Assembly: GCA_001179505.1 (NCBI GenBank)
Contig: CDMY01000235.1
Location: 62,001-126,000, forward strand
Length of the DNA: 64,000 nucleotides
Origin: Vitrella brassicaformis CCMP3155
Lineage: Eukaryota; Protista; Chromerida
Reading direction: 5' to 3'
The position numbers and the translations under genes are program-made. Each line of letters begins with the position of its first letter. The stretch's first letter is position 1. The notes beneath the pieces are model-generated. The model saw only the letters and a list, made by a program, of their open reading frames with translations, was not told where the DNA came from and made no database searches. Shown piece after piece: positions 25,172-37,500 of the stretch.

Positions 25172-28167
25172 CTAGTGGTGCTGCACCTCCCCCTTGCTGC
25201 CCATCTTCTCGTTGGTGTTCATTCGGGCGTACTTGTGAGCAAACGGTGAACCTGACGGCATAGATCGACATGAGGAGCCGGAGCCTTGGAGCCAGACGAA
25301 TGAAGGAAGGCTTGCCTGCTTTGACGGCCCCGATTTTCGCGTCAAAGGAGTCGTTCTCGGCGTACAGGTATCTGCCAAACAAAGAGACAAGACGTGATGA
25401 GGTCTCAATCTGCTCGCATCTCCACGTGTGGCTTACAATCGGAAGACACAGCAGATAATGAGCGCACTCGCAGCTAATGCAATGCCCCAGAAAAAGACGC
25501 TGCAAGAGAAAGGGGGACAGTGCACGTCTCATGTGTGTTCTTCGCTGTCTTCCTTTGTGCTCACCCTGGGGCTGTGACGGCTTTCGAAACCCTGCTGAGC
25601 AGACAGGACCGTATACACAGACCATTCAAGAGACACGTGAGCGAGTGAGGGTTTCCATCGGCTGACCTGACAGCTGGCTTCCTGCACGCCTTGACCCAGG
25701 ACAGGTCGATCGACTGGTAGTCCTCCAGGTGGAGGGAGAGCGTCACGCGAGAGCTGCCGGCTGCCAGAGCGGGAAACAAATGAACATCAAGGGTGGGGAT
25801 CTCACACGAAAGAGCATTACCTGTTTTGCAGACATAGTAGAGACGAAGTAGATTCGGGCTTGCGCCGATTGACCGTCTGTTCGCCGAGATGTACATGAGG
25901 AAAAGGAGATGAAGTAAGGCGAGGGATCGTGGGAGTGCTGTGGGTACCTCATGCTGATTTGTCTGGCTTCCTCGAGGCTCTTCGGCTGGCTGCCGCCAAA
26001 GCGAATGTCCACCACTTGACGATCAAAACTCAACTGGCAAGAAGCAAGCAAAGATAAATGGGTGACGCAGTGCTCTCTCATCTCATTGTTACCTGGGGTG
26101 GCGGGTATAGGGCTGGCAGGTCTTCGCCAAACGGTGCCTTGAGGGTGATTGACGAGCAGCTGCGTCTCTCGTCCACCTGGAATGCATCCTTCTTGGGGTC
26201 AGCCGTCACGGAAAAGGTCGGACTCACACTCCCCTGACATCACGCACACATGGATCGACACGATTCATTGACAGTCGTTTGCCCACCGCGGTCACAGCTT
26301 GGGTTGCCTGCCCTCTGGGCCGTCCGAACATACACGCCTGAATCAATACGTCAAGATTGTGGGCCTTCGGCGGGACGCAGTGCTTCGACCATCTGGGAGA
26401 CACAACAAAGGCACGTCAATGGACGGACGACACACGCCAGGCTCCCATTGATGTTCTTCTGTTGGTCGTTTGGTTACGCGATATGAATGGTCTCGTCGGT
26501 GAGGTGTTTGGTGAGCTTGAGGGTCACTTCTATGGGCTGTTCGCTCTTGGTGTGGCACGTGTACACAACAGACAAAGTCTCCTTCGAGATGTCTGAGACC
26601 TGAGCACAGGAGGGGAAGAAGAAGAAGATGCATGGAAGACCAGTGCACTGTTTGCCCGTCCGCCTTTCCTCTTACTTCGATGAAGTCCGTGTATGCGATG
26701 GATCCTCTGATGTCGACCGTCAGGCCCTCTGGATAAGACGACGTCACGACCGGCCTGCAGACGAAGCAACAGGCGTCGCTTTCTGGTCATGAGATCGCCA
26801 TGTGCCACGTGTGGGTCACTTTGAGAAGAGGACGGATCCAGGCCCGCTGACCCACAGGTTGAAGTTGGTCGCCACCTGCTTCGTCGGCACGCCGCCCTCT
26901 GATGTAGGAATGCAGGCGAGGGGAGATGGGTGTGTGACATTCACGGACACCCAGGGGCTTTGTACCTTCGTGGTCTTCGAGCCATTCTTCGTTGGTCTCG
27001 CCTTTGTCAAACACATAGCGATTCTCGCTGTCGGCGATCTACAACAGGGGTATAGAGGCACAATGGCGACCTGTCTGCGTGTTGCGACTTTGTTGCGACC
27101 TTCCACCCACCTGTAGCCTATCCCATCCCGTCTTGCACTTCTTGATCCATGAGAAACACACCGTCTGTTCCTTGGTCGGCTTGCCCACCTTCACAGAACA
27201 GTCGCAAAGTGATGGCACCTTGGCAGCACTTCTCGCCCGCCTTCCCCCTTACTCACATGTAGTGTCATCTTAATGCGAGCTGTCCCCTCTCTGCCACAGC
27301 CGTAGAGGACTTGGACGTCGGTCGCCAGCCCGTCAATGATGAGGGGGTTGTCCTGGCTAGCGTGCTCAGAAAGATCCACCCGCAGCAGGGGCTTGGAAGC
27401 GTCAGCAGCGATGGTGTCTTTCGCCTGGGTGTCTGGCGCCGCCTCATCCTGACCTTGCAGTCTTCTGGCCCGGTCATCGCCCCCATCTCTTTGCTCAGAA
27501 GCTTCAGAGGCGGCCTCACCGTTGCCGTCCCCCTTGACTTCTTCGGCGGTTATTTCCTCTCCCGCTGCCGCTGCGGAGGCGCTCTCGTCTTTCTGGCTGC
27601 CTGTGGATGCATCGCCCTCTGCTGTGGCAGATCCAGCCTGCTGTGTCGTATTTGCTGCTACGGGCTGCTCAGCCGTGCCTGTGACGCCGGTTTGACCACC
27701 CTGCGTTGCCGAGGATGCTGGGTTGAATGTGGCGGCAGGGACATACTCCTCGACTTCGAAATCCACCTTGAAAATACTCACTCTGAAGGGAAATGCACCC
27801 ATGTGAAAAAAAAGGATGTCTGGCATCCCATCCTCTCTTCCGTGCTTCTCACTCACGTGATGTCCTCGTCGTTGGACACGATGCGGAACGCTCTGGATGA
27901 GTAGGTGGAGTCCTCGACTTTTCCCGCGGCCACGAGCTGGTCTGTGGTCTTAAGGCAGCTAGAAGGCTTGGTTCTTTCGTCGAAGATGACCTTGAACTGC
28001 TCTCCCAGTCCGCCTCCACCGTCGTAGATGATGAGGTTGGAGAGATCTCCCTCCTCTCCTTCATCTCCATCCATCCCATCGCGCTCACGATCCATATCCT
28101 CCTCATCACCGAGGCACCCCACCACACCGAAGCCAACCAACAAAGCCACCAACGCTACGCCTCGCAT
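25172..28167 (-). CDS. Type I membrane protein of unknown function: signal peptide, three repeated beta-rich modules ending W-x-K-x-C, one TM helix
   Basis: Signal MRGVALVALLVGFGVVGCLG. Spliced modules end FSWIKKC (about 27135-27155), IAWSKHC (about 26377-26395) and LSWVKAC (about 25684-25705). TM VFFWGIALAASALIICCVF at about 25445-25500. The frame of the last exon is uncertain. Confidence 0.75.
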
Positions 28168-28561
28168 ATTCCTTCTCGGTCCTCGGAGGTGCACGAACGA
28201 GAACAACTCGCCCCCCAATCCGTTTACATTCCTGTCCCGCGAGCTTAGCTTGCACACGCACTGCGCTCCCCTCTGCGTTCCCTTTCCTCTTGGCCCCGGC
28301 GATGATCGACGGTTGATGCTCGTGTCCAGCACCACCGCTAAGCATCACTGAGCAAAAGAAGAAATCGGCGAACGCACAGCAAGATGCTGGCGACCATGAC
28401 ACGGTCCACCCATCTAGCTATAAACCATCTCTCAACCACATACCTCTCTCTGTACAGCATGGATATAAAAGCAGCTAGGAAGGTATGCACATCGACACAC
28501 ACTAACGCAGACAGACAGACAGGCAGGCAGGCGGCGCGGGCCAGTCAGCCTCTCCCACCAC

Positions 28562-31500
28562 TCAGAGCTGCGTGAGTGCGTGCGCCACCGACTCGAACAG
28601 CTGCTTGGAACTATCCGTGATGCCGAACCTATGAACGCCACCCCCACTCACGCTTGGAGCCTTGAGCGGGCTGGCCGGCCCCTGGCCGCCCAGCGCGTCT
28701 GTGGCGGTGCGGAGGCTGTTGATGAAGTCCATCACGCGACGTAGCAGGGGGTCATTCAGATCATAGGACAAATTGTTGGACGCGCGAAGCCTGTAGGCAG
28801 GAGATGAGAGAACGAACCGACACAGGCGGTGCCTCCCCCTTCCCACTGCACTTGTGTGCGCCTGATAGATACCTCTGGCAATATGTCCAGCACAGGCAGG
28901 CGGATCTCTCCACGGCCATGCCAAACATCGACGTGAAGGACTCGACGCTAACGCTCTCCCTGCAGCGCAGCAGATGGGGACGAGAAGACGCAACACAACA
29001 CACAGACCTACCACTACAAACGGACATCTATGTGCGTGGTTGTCCCTTACGGCATGCAGCCATCGAGTGTCGCGTCGATGGTCTCGACTCGCGTCATCCG
29101 TCGGTACTCCTTCTGCCCGAGTGACCCAGCATAGCCACCGCGCTGACGACGACGCTATCAAGGACAACACACACACCAACACTATAGATGAACCATCGAG
29201 CACCGGATGTGGCTGCGCTGCTCACTGGGGGTGTAGTGGTGAAGGTGAGGGCCGTGATGCCCGAACGGGGAGATTGGGGCTGCATCGTGGGAGCACCGCG
29301 ACTGAAGGGGAGCACACAATATGAGAAACACCGCCAGATATGACTGGCATACCGTTCTGGCACTGGTGTGGAGCCAGGGCTTGTCACACTGTCCTTGGAC
29401 GAGGCCCTGGACACGCCAACACAGGATGACGCGTTTTGACTTCCCAGCAGCCTTGTTCTGACCTGCTAAGGGCTCCATCCCTCCCATGTGACCTGGCAGC
29501 TTCCTCCTTCAGCCGCTCGTCAACGGCGTCGAGCAGACAGAGCGATAGGGACAGGGGGATGTACCCCTGAGACGCATTCGGGGCGTCATGAAGGCTTCCT
29601 GAGCTATGAGAAGAATCAGCGCGGACCTGAGGGAGTGATCGAACAGACATATTTCGCATCACGTGTCCGTTTGGTCGCTGCTTACGATTTCCAGCGGTGG
29701 CGGGAGCAGCCTGTGTGTCTCGTTGGGCAGGTGGAGCATCTGTGTGGTGCCCTCCATGGCGACATAGAGCAGCTCCACGAGCACACGATACCCCGCTCCC
29801 CTCCCCGCCTCGTCCTGCTGCCCACTACCGCCACCGCCACCGTATGTCATGGGCCTGCCGCTGTAGTCGACCTCCATCATCATCGGGCCGTAGGGAGGCT
29901 GCGGTGACGGGGCGGCTGCTGCTGTTGACGCGTAGGTGGCGCTGCCCTCAGTGAAAGAGTCGGTGAGAGAGGGGTCGATGTCCAGCTGGAGGCCATATCT
30001 GACACAAAAGGAGGAGAGCATGTGATCACGGTAGGTAGCAGTTTGCAGCTAGTTGAGTGGCTGCTCACCCTAGGATATCGACAAACATATTGAGGGCCAG
30101 GTGGAGGAGCCGCTGAGAAGCACAAACCAAATGACGTAGTAGGACAGATGGTGCAGCACTCGTGCCATTGTCTGTGTGTCACTCACTTGGTGGAAGATTG
30201 ACGGCACTAATGCGGTGCTGCCCTCCTCTTCGCCCCAAATGCGACCCGCCAGACGCTCCTGTGGCCAGGCCAACGGAAATGGAGCGGTGGTCACGTGTGC
30301 ACAGACATCCAAATCTCCGTGTGTGTGTACCTGAATGGATATTGGCTTAACGACGTCGAGATGCTCCGACGACGCCTGGTGGATGTCGAGGCACGATTGA
30401 GAGATGTACCGACCGCAATCCACCAGACATCGACTCAGGTCCAGCAAGGCCAGCTGCCACAGACACAGAGAGAAACACATACAGACAGACACACATCAGA
30501 TCTGATGTGCAATAGTAGAGACAGACAGACCAGACTATCCCACTCGCTGACCCACCTTGTGTCTGGAGCTCATCATGGCCTGGTAAGGCGGCAGTCCGCT
30601 GATGACCTTGACCACACACGCAGCCTCCTCCACCAGGGCCATCTCGCCCCTCTTCACGCCCTCCACCAGCACCCGCCTCACACGCCCACCCGCAGCCTGC
30701 AGGAACTCCACTGACGCCTCTACCGTTGCCCGCCGCAGTCGCTCATTCACGGGAGGGTCGCCGGTGCATCCAGAGGGGGGTGCCGGGTGGTCTGCTGGCC
30801 GGAGGCCGTGGCAGTTGACCTTGACGAGTTGGGCGACCAGCAGGAGGGTCTGGCACCAAGCCAGATGGGTGGGGGAGCGGAGCTGCCAGGCGTCTTCGTA
30901 GAGGGGGCCGGTGATGTCGAACATGCCATCCTTGGCCAGGGGAAGGACTGAACGGAACGAGCGGGAGATAGATATATGTCTGCCTGTCTGTTTGTCTGTC
31001 TGTCTGTCTGTGTGGTGTAGGTTTGTGCGTGAGTGAGTACCTTGGTATTGGTCCAGGAGGTCCATCTCTGTGTCGATGATGTCGTCCTTGCCGCCCTTCC
31101 CCTTCCCCTTGCTCTTGCGCCGGCTCTTGCCCCGCTCCTTGCCCATGGACCACCTGGGATGCGCCTTGCCCTCGACCCGCTCATACGCGCCGCCCCACTT
31201 GTCCTGACTGTACATGATGCCCACGCCGGCTCGCCCTGTGACATCCCACTCACTCTCCCTCACAAACACCCGCAGCAGGGGGCACTGCGCCAGCGAGGCG
31301 AGCACCTGGTGCTTCTCGACCAAAGCTTGGGCGCCCCTCTTGGTCCCGGCGTAGGTCATGAGCGACGATAGGAGTGACGACAGCAGGCAGGCAGCCATGA
31401 AGCGCTCCCGGAGCTGCACAGCGCCGCCAAGTGGCAGTGAGGCCAGGTACCGCTCTCGCTGGGTGACGCCGTCGTAATACGGAAAGGCGCGGGGTGGGGT

Positions 31501-34500
31501 CAGCAGCAACGACATCCCACACAGCCGCTCTTCCACTACCGAGTCTTGCCCTGCGCGTGCCAGCAGAGCGGTCAGCAGGGATGACGTATTCACAGGGGAC
31601 AGGGTCCGCAGCCGGTCGACCAGCAATGGCAGCAGACGCCGGTCGAAGACCTCCCAGGGCGAGGAGCGCAAAATCGACTGGTGGCTCCCCGCTGCTGCTG
31701 CTGCTGCTGCTGGTGAAGCGGAGGCCTGCCTGCCGGCTGTATTTCCTCCCTGTGTGACGGTGCTGAATGGCGACTGCGCAGGGGTGGGTGGTGGGGCGAA
31801 GGGTGCAGGGCTCGGGGGTGCACCCACCCGGAGGTCGCCTGTTGGGCAGAGGGCCTTGATCATCGACAGGGTATTCATGCCGTTGGTGACGGCGGCGAGC
31901 ACGCCATGCTGGGTGGCGTGGATCAGACACACAAGGTCGGTATCGGTGTCGTTGGGGAGCGTGTCGTCGAGCGAGAAGAGGGCGACGGTCGCGAGGGTGA
32001 GGTCGGCGATGGCCGGGCCAAAGAGAGACATACTCCCATCCCACGTGTGGTTGTTGAGTGGCAGCTGACCCATGAGCAGCTCCACCAGCGCCTTGAGCGC
32101 CATGACCTCCCCCGCTGCCCTCTCCAGATAGACAAACACGCCCCTGCCCCTGCTGATGCGGACGGCCTTGGCCATCTTCTGCACGAACTCGTGAAGCCGC
32201 CGTGTCCCCAGTGTGACGATCTGCTTCACCGCTCCCATGTCGCTCCAGTACTCGGACCGCAGGATCTCATCGCTGATGGTGGGCACCAGCCCGGCCTCGC
32301 AGATGGACTGCCAGCCGCCATCAGGCGATGTCTTGGTGGCCATCTTGTGGGAGGGGTGGGAGAGGATGACTGACGGTGGGGTGGTGACGTCTGTGCTGCT
32401 CTCGGCTTGCAGCTGGCCGCAGGCGTGGGTGAGAACAGCACCAGGCTCGGGGGAGGCGCCACGACTCACTGAACAAGAGAGATGGCACACACAGCGCATC
32501 CACGTGCAGATGCAGCCCAGTCCAATGTGTTTATTGTGCAACTCACCGATGGGCTGTGACGCTCCTCCGCCAGACAGCCCCCTGCTGCCAGCCGGGCCCC
32601 CACTCGCACAGGCCATCTCGTAGTCACTCCCCCACGCCGACCGCAACACCTCGGTCACGACTCTCACGACGAGCATGACGGCGGGGGATCCCTCATGCAG
32701 CCACTCTGACGCGAGCGGCTTGTGGAGGGCCCTGGTGAGTGTGGCGATCACGGCTGGGAGGAACGGGTGGAATGAGGGCGGCGGGGGTGGGTCGGGGGAG
32801 AGCGGCTCGAGCAGGGAGTACTTGAGTGAGTGGCGACAGGCGCGGATGAGGGAGAGCAGGGAAGACAGGACGTCCACCTGAGCAGTGCGATAGGACTCGT
32901 CGATGCACACCTGACCGCGGAACGGAACCCCCACACACATCCATGGGCCCTCCATCCGATAAGATAACCCTATTTGCTTTACTCACCTGGCTGCGCATCT
33001 GTCCAAGGACATCCAGTGACCCCTGTCGCTCGTTGGCCAGCTGCCTCAGGCGAGTGCCATTGGGCGACAGAGAAGACCGCGTCGGCGACGATGGGAGCGG
33101 GACGGGCGGCAGGGCGTCTGGGGGAATGTTGGCCGCAAAGTGGACGAGCAGAAAGTCAAACGACGGTGCCTCGTACTGGAATGATGTCCCCCGCTGGAAC
33201 GGAGACCTGGCAAACAGATGGGAGGGACGGATGTGTGTGCATTGGTTTGTGTCCGGCTTGTGTGTGTGTGTGTTGGCTCTGATCATCCCCCCCTCACTGA
33301 CCTGAACTCCTGCAGCGATCTGATGAGTCGCATTGGCACATCGCCGACCTCCACCGGCCCACCTCGGCCCTGTCCGTTGTCGCCCTCTTTGCCCCCCGTC
33401 CCCTCATCCAGCTCGCCGCGCTTGCCTTCGTTCGGCAGCTCCCCCATCCCACAAGCAGAGGCGACGGCACACGCCAAGTACGACGCCATGACACTCTCTG
33501 CCGCCTGGTCGCCGCCACACAGGTCCAGGGCATAAATGGCAGAGCCTGACGTGGATGTGGATGTGGGCGCGATGCGGGGCACACTGCCGCTCTCGGGGAT
33601 AACGGTGCCGAATGTGGGTGTCTGGAGGTAGACGTAGTCGCTGCGGACGGGGGTTGTGGGGGGTCCCTTTGGGGTCCTCTGCTGGTACGGCGATGCCCGG
33701 ATGGGTGTGGCTGCTGCTGAGCGGGAGGGGGTAGTCATGGCGCTCCTCCTCCCCCTGCATGCTCGATAATGTGACTCAGACGAGCCCCTCTCTCGCTCCG
33801 GTGCCCCGTCATCCCAGCTGCCGGCAGCCCCGCCCTCGCCCGCCTCGCTGGGCCGCAGCCACGCCGGAAGGATGCCGATCTTCGACAATACGCGCAGAAA
33901 CGATCTCCGGCGATCAAACCCCGAAGGCAGTCCGTGCGCCATGCCCCAGATGACAGATGGGATCCGGCTGCTCGGTGCCGCCGCGGCAGCAGCAGCAGCA
34001 GCAGCTGGTGGTGTCTTGTCTGGCGAGAATGATGGGTCGGGCGACAACTTGGCGAAAGAGTCAGACGAGCCGAAGAGTGCGTCGACGACGGAAGTGTTGT
34101 GGCTGAGGAAGCGGACGAAGGTGACGAATGGAGTGGGGAGGTGCGTCTCGACGGGCTGAGGCGGCACCTCCTCGATGGGTGCGAGCGGCGGCATCAGGCG
34201 GCTGGTGGGCTTCTTGTCTGGCGGGGTGTGCGTGTCGCCGCCAGTGGGGCGGATGGATGTGCGGAGGTGGGTGTCCATGTGCGCCAGGGCGATGGCTGCG
34301 ATGCGGAAGACTGAGCTGAGGGCGGCCATGACCTCGGTACTGACCCGCAGAGAGCCGGGGGTGGCGGTGGCTGTTGGGAGGTTGGGGGGGTAGGGCATGT
34401 CGCTCTCGACGGGGCTCTCCCAGGGGACGAGCAGGTCATCCTCTAACACATGCCAGCCGGGGCTGTCGCTATTCTCGTTCTCACCTGAACAAAGCACAAA

Positions 34501-37500
34501 CCGACAAAGTCCATCTTTGTCGCGACCCCGGGACCCTCAACTCACCTGTGTCCATCAAGCCTCGTTCGCCCCCGACCGTCCCCCACACCGCCACGAGATG
34601 CTCACCCACCTCGGTCAGCAGCCCCCACCCGCCCTTATCAGTCCACGTCTCGAAACCCTTCATCGACGTGTCACTCAGCAGCACCATCTCAATCGCACCA
34701 AGGCACGACCGAAGCCATCCATACGCCCCCAGCCACGGCCGGAATGGCTTTGAGAAGAGCTCGGTGGCATACTTGCATCCTTTGAGAGCGTGTTGCAGAT
34801 CCGTGTGGAGGGCCGAGAGGAGGGAGGGGGTGCGGGGGGCAGATGTGGGGGACGACGGCAGCGGCGTGGACGAATGGCTGCCGAAGAAAAGCCCTGGCTG
34901 CAGCCTGATCGAGTGACGAGAAGCAAGAACACACACAGTCAGTTTCTTTGACCCCACTCCCTCTAATACACTCCCCCTCACTGACCGTGTCCCAATGGCG
35001 ATCAAGTGCAGCGTCCTGATGTGTGCCGCCAGCTGCCTTCCCCCGTCCTCTGCGTTGACCATCTCCTCGGCAGGCTCCTCGCTGCGCACGTCGTCAGCCA
35101 GGCCGCCCAGCAGGGCCTTGTCGACCATGTGGGTGGCAAACCTGTCGGCCGATGGGAGCGGGGCCGAGGGGGAAGACGACAGAGTGAGGGACTGGGGCAC
35201 TGTGGAGGGAAGCGCCACGGTGCGCAAGAGATGGGAGAGGGAGGGGACGGGCTCGCGGGGCGTGACGCCCATGTCCACTGCTGCAGGCAGGCAGGCAGGC
35301 AGGCAGGCAGCCAAGGAACACTTGTGTGGTGTGCGTTTCTTCTCACTTGTGTGCGCGCGTGTGCCGTCTGTACCTCTCTGGTGGTATTGTTGCCAGAACA
35401 TGCACATTAGAGTGAGGGCCTCCGTCGCGATGCCGTCCCACATTTGCTCAACAAGATAGGCATACAGCGACGTCACGACGTTCAGCCGCTCCCAGCTGAC
35501 GGGCCGCTCCCTCTCCCGCTCCCCATCCTGCTCCCACACAGCCGCCACCAGCCAGCCCACACTGCTGTCCGTCACCAGACCCAGACCGCTCGGCGGCTCC
35601 GTCTGCGTCAATTGCTCCCACATGTGGGCGGCAAGAGCGTCGAACATGGAGGACCTGGACGAGGCGGCCACGGTGCGCATGATCTCCAGGAAGCACAGCA
35701 GCGCATCCCGCAGCAGGCGGTCCGCAACGATGGTGGGCTCCTTCGCGAGTTGTGCTGGCAGGGGGGGCGGCGGGTCGTCAACGAAAAGGCCGTTGTCACT
35801 CTCAGCTTGGCCACCAGAGGGGTAGACCTCAACCACGCCGGGGATGAATGGTGGGTGCATGACGCTTGCCAGCTCCTCCGGTGTGACCCAATCGTATGTG
35901 TAGTGCGCCACGGGTGAGGTGTAGATGTGTGGGTAGGCCGTCTCCTTCGCGAGATGCCTGGCGTGGTCTAGGAGGGGCGAGGAGAGCGTGATGAGCCAGC
36001 AGGGGGCCGAGGGGTTGGCTGACACACTGTATGCCGAGAGGGTCTGCAGGAGGGTGCGGGGGAAGGATGACGCGTCAAGCTCCTCTAGAATCATGGCGCT
36101 CATCTGAACCCACCCACAAGGCCACACAGGATTGCTTCCTTCTTTGATCTCTGTGTTTGTGTATGTCGCGTGTGGCTCCCTCTCTTCCTGCTCACTCGGT
36201 TGAGGTACGACACCGCTCTAGACACGATTGTAGAGGGCGACACGGTCGGCAGGCTCACCTGCTGCACACACACACACACACACACACTTCCTTACACGGA
36301 GTGCAGTACAAATGCAGTCAGAGTTCGTAGTGCCGTTTTCTCTACACACCTGTCCCGAGGTCCACGTTTCTTGGCTGATGCTCTCCGGCAGCGGCCAGTT
36401 GAAGAGCCGCAGCGACCGCACCAAGGACGACGCCACACTGACGCAGAGACGGGCCAACCTCCACCTACCACAGACGGCAACACACTCACACGTACCACAC
36501 CGAGAGAATGTCCCTCGTGAAAGCTTTGTCCTACTTCTGCTCCTGCTGCTGCACTGGCCAGGAGGGCAGGCGGGCCCACACGACGCCCAGCACATGCCGC
36601 ACCAGCAGACGCAACATCTCCAGCTGCGACCATGGAGCACCGGGCTGACGAGATGTGGACATGGATGTGGTGACGCTATCGATCGGCATCGAGTCGTCCG
36701 GGGGAGGCAGCTGACGTCATAAATGATACACACAGCATACATGGGTGTGAGTGAGGATGCCGTGTGCGTATGTGCCCTGGTAGCTCGTGCATACTGACCT
36801 GTGCGAGTGCCACGGCGGCTGCCATGATGGCCACAGCGGCCTTACCCGCATGGCTCGGCGACACGCCACTGCTGGCAATCGGGGCCTCCTCCTACACACA
36901 CGTCAGCCGTACCAACCAACCAAGACATTTCACACGCGCACTGTGTGTGTACCTTACCTCTGGTATAGCCCTGCTGGCCATTGCGGCCTGCTGCTCCCAC
37001 GAGATGCTCCAGCACTCCGGGGGGCAGGTGCATGGCGACAGGAGCGTCGCGATGAGGGTCAGAGCCGACTCGCTCACCGGATACAGCCCGCTCTGCTTCT
37101 CGTCACTATCCACAACTGCACAGCACACATGACGGAGGAAACAACACACACAACAACACCGATAGATATCAAGTATGGCCACTCACCACCCTTCAGTCCC
37201 CTCCCTCCCTCCCCGACTCACCGGCTACGAGCATCTCGCATAGCTGTCTGGCGCTCATGAGTCGCCAGCCCCACGTGCTGCCCATGCCAGCAGCGCCCCT
37301 GTCGTTGACCAGAGTGCCGTCGTCGCGACACCGATCCAACAGGGTCAGCAAGATCCAGTGGGAGTGAACCGTCTCGCTGCTCAGAAACACACTCTGAACA
37401 CAACACAACACAAGACAGCAAACAACATACATGACGCGAGAATCAGTCCATCCACCGCTTGGCTTACACGTCCGCTGGGCACTTTGTAGGGGAGCAGCGC

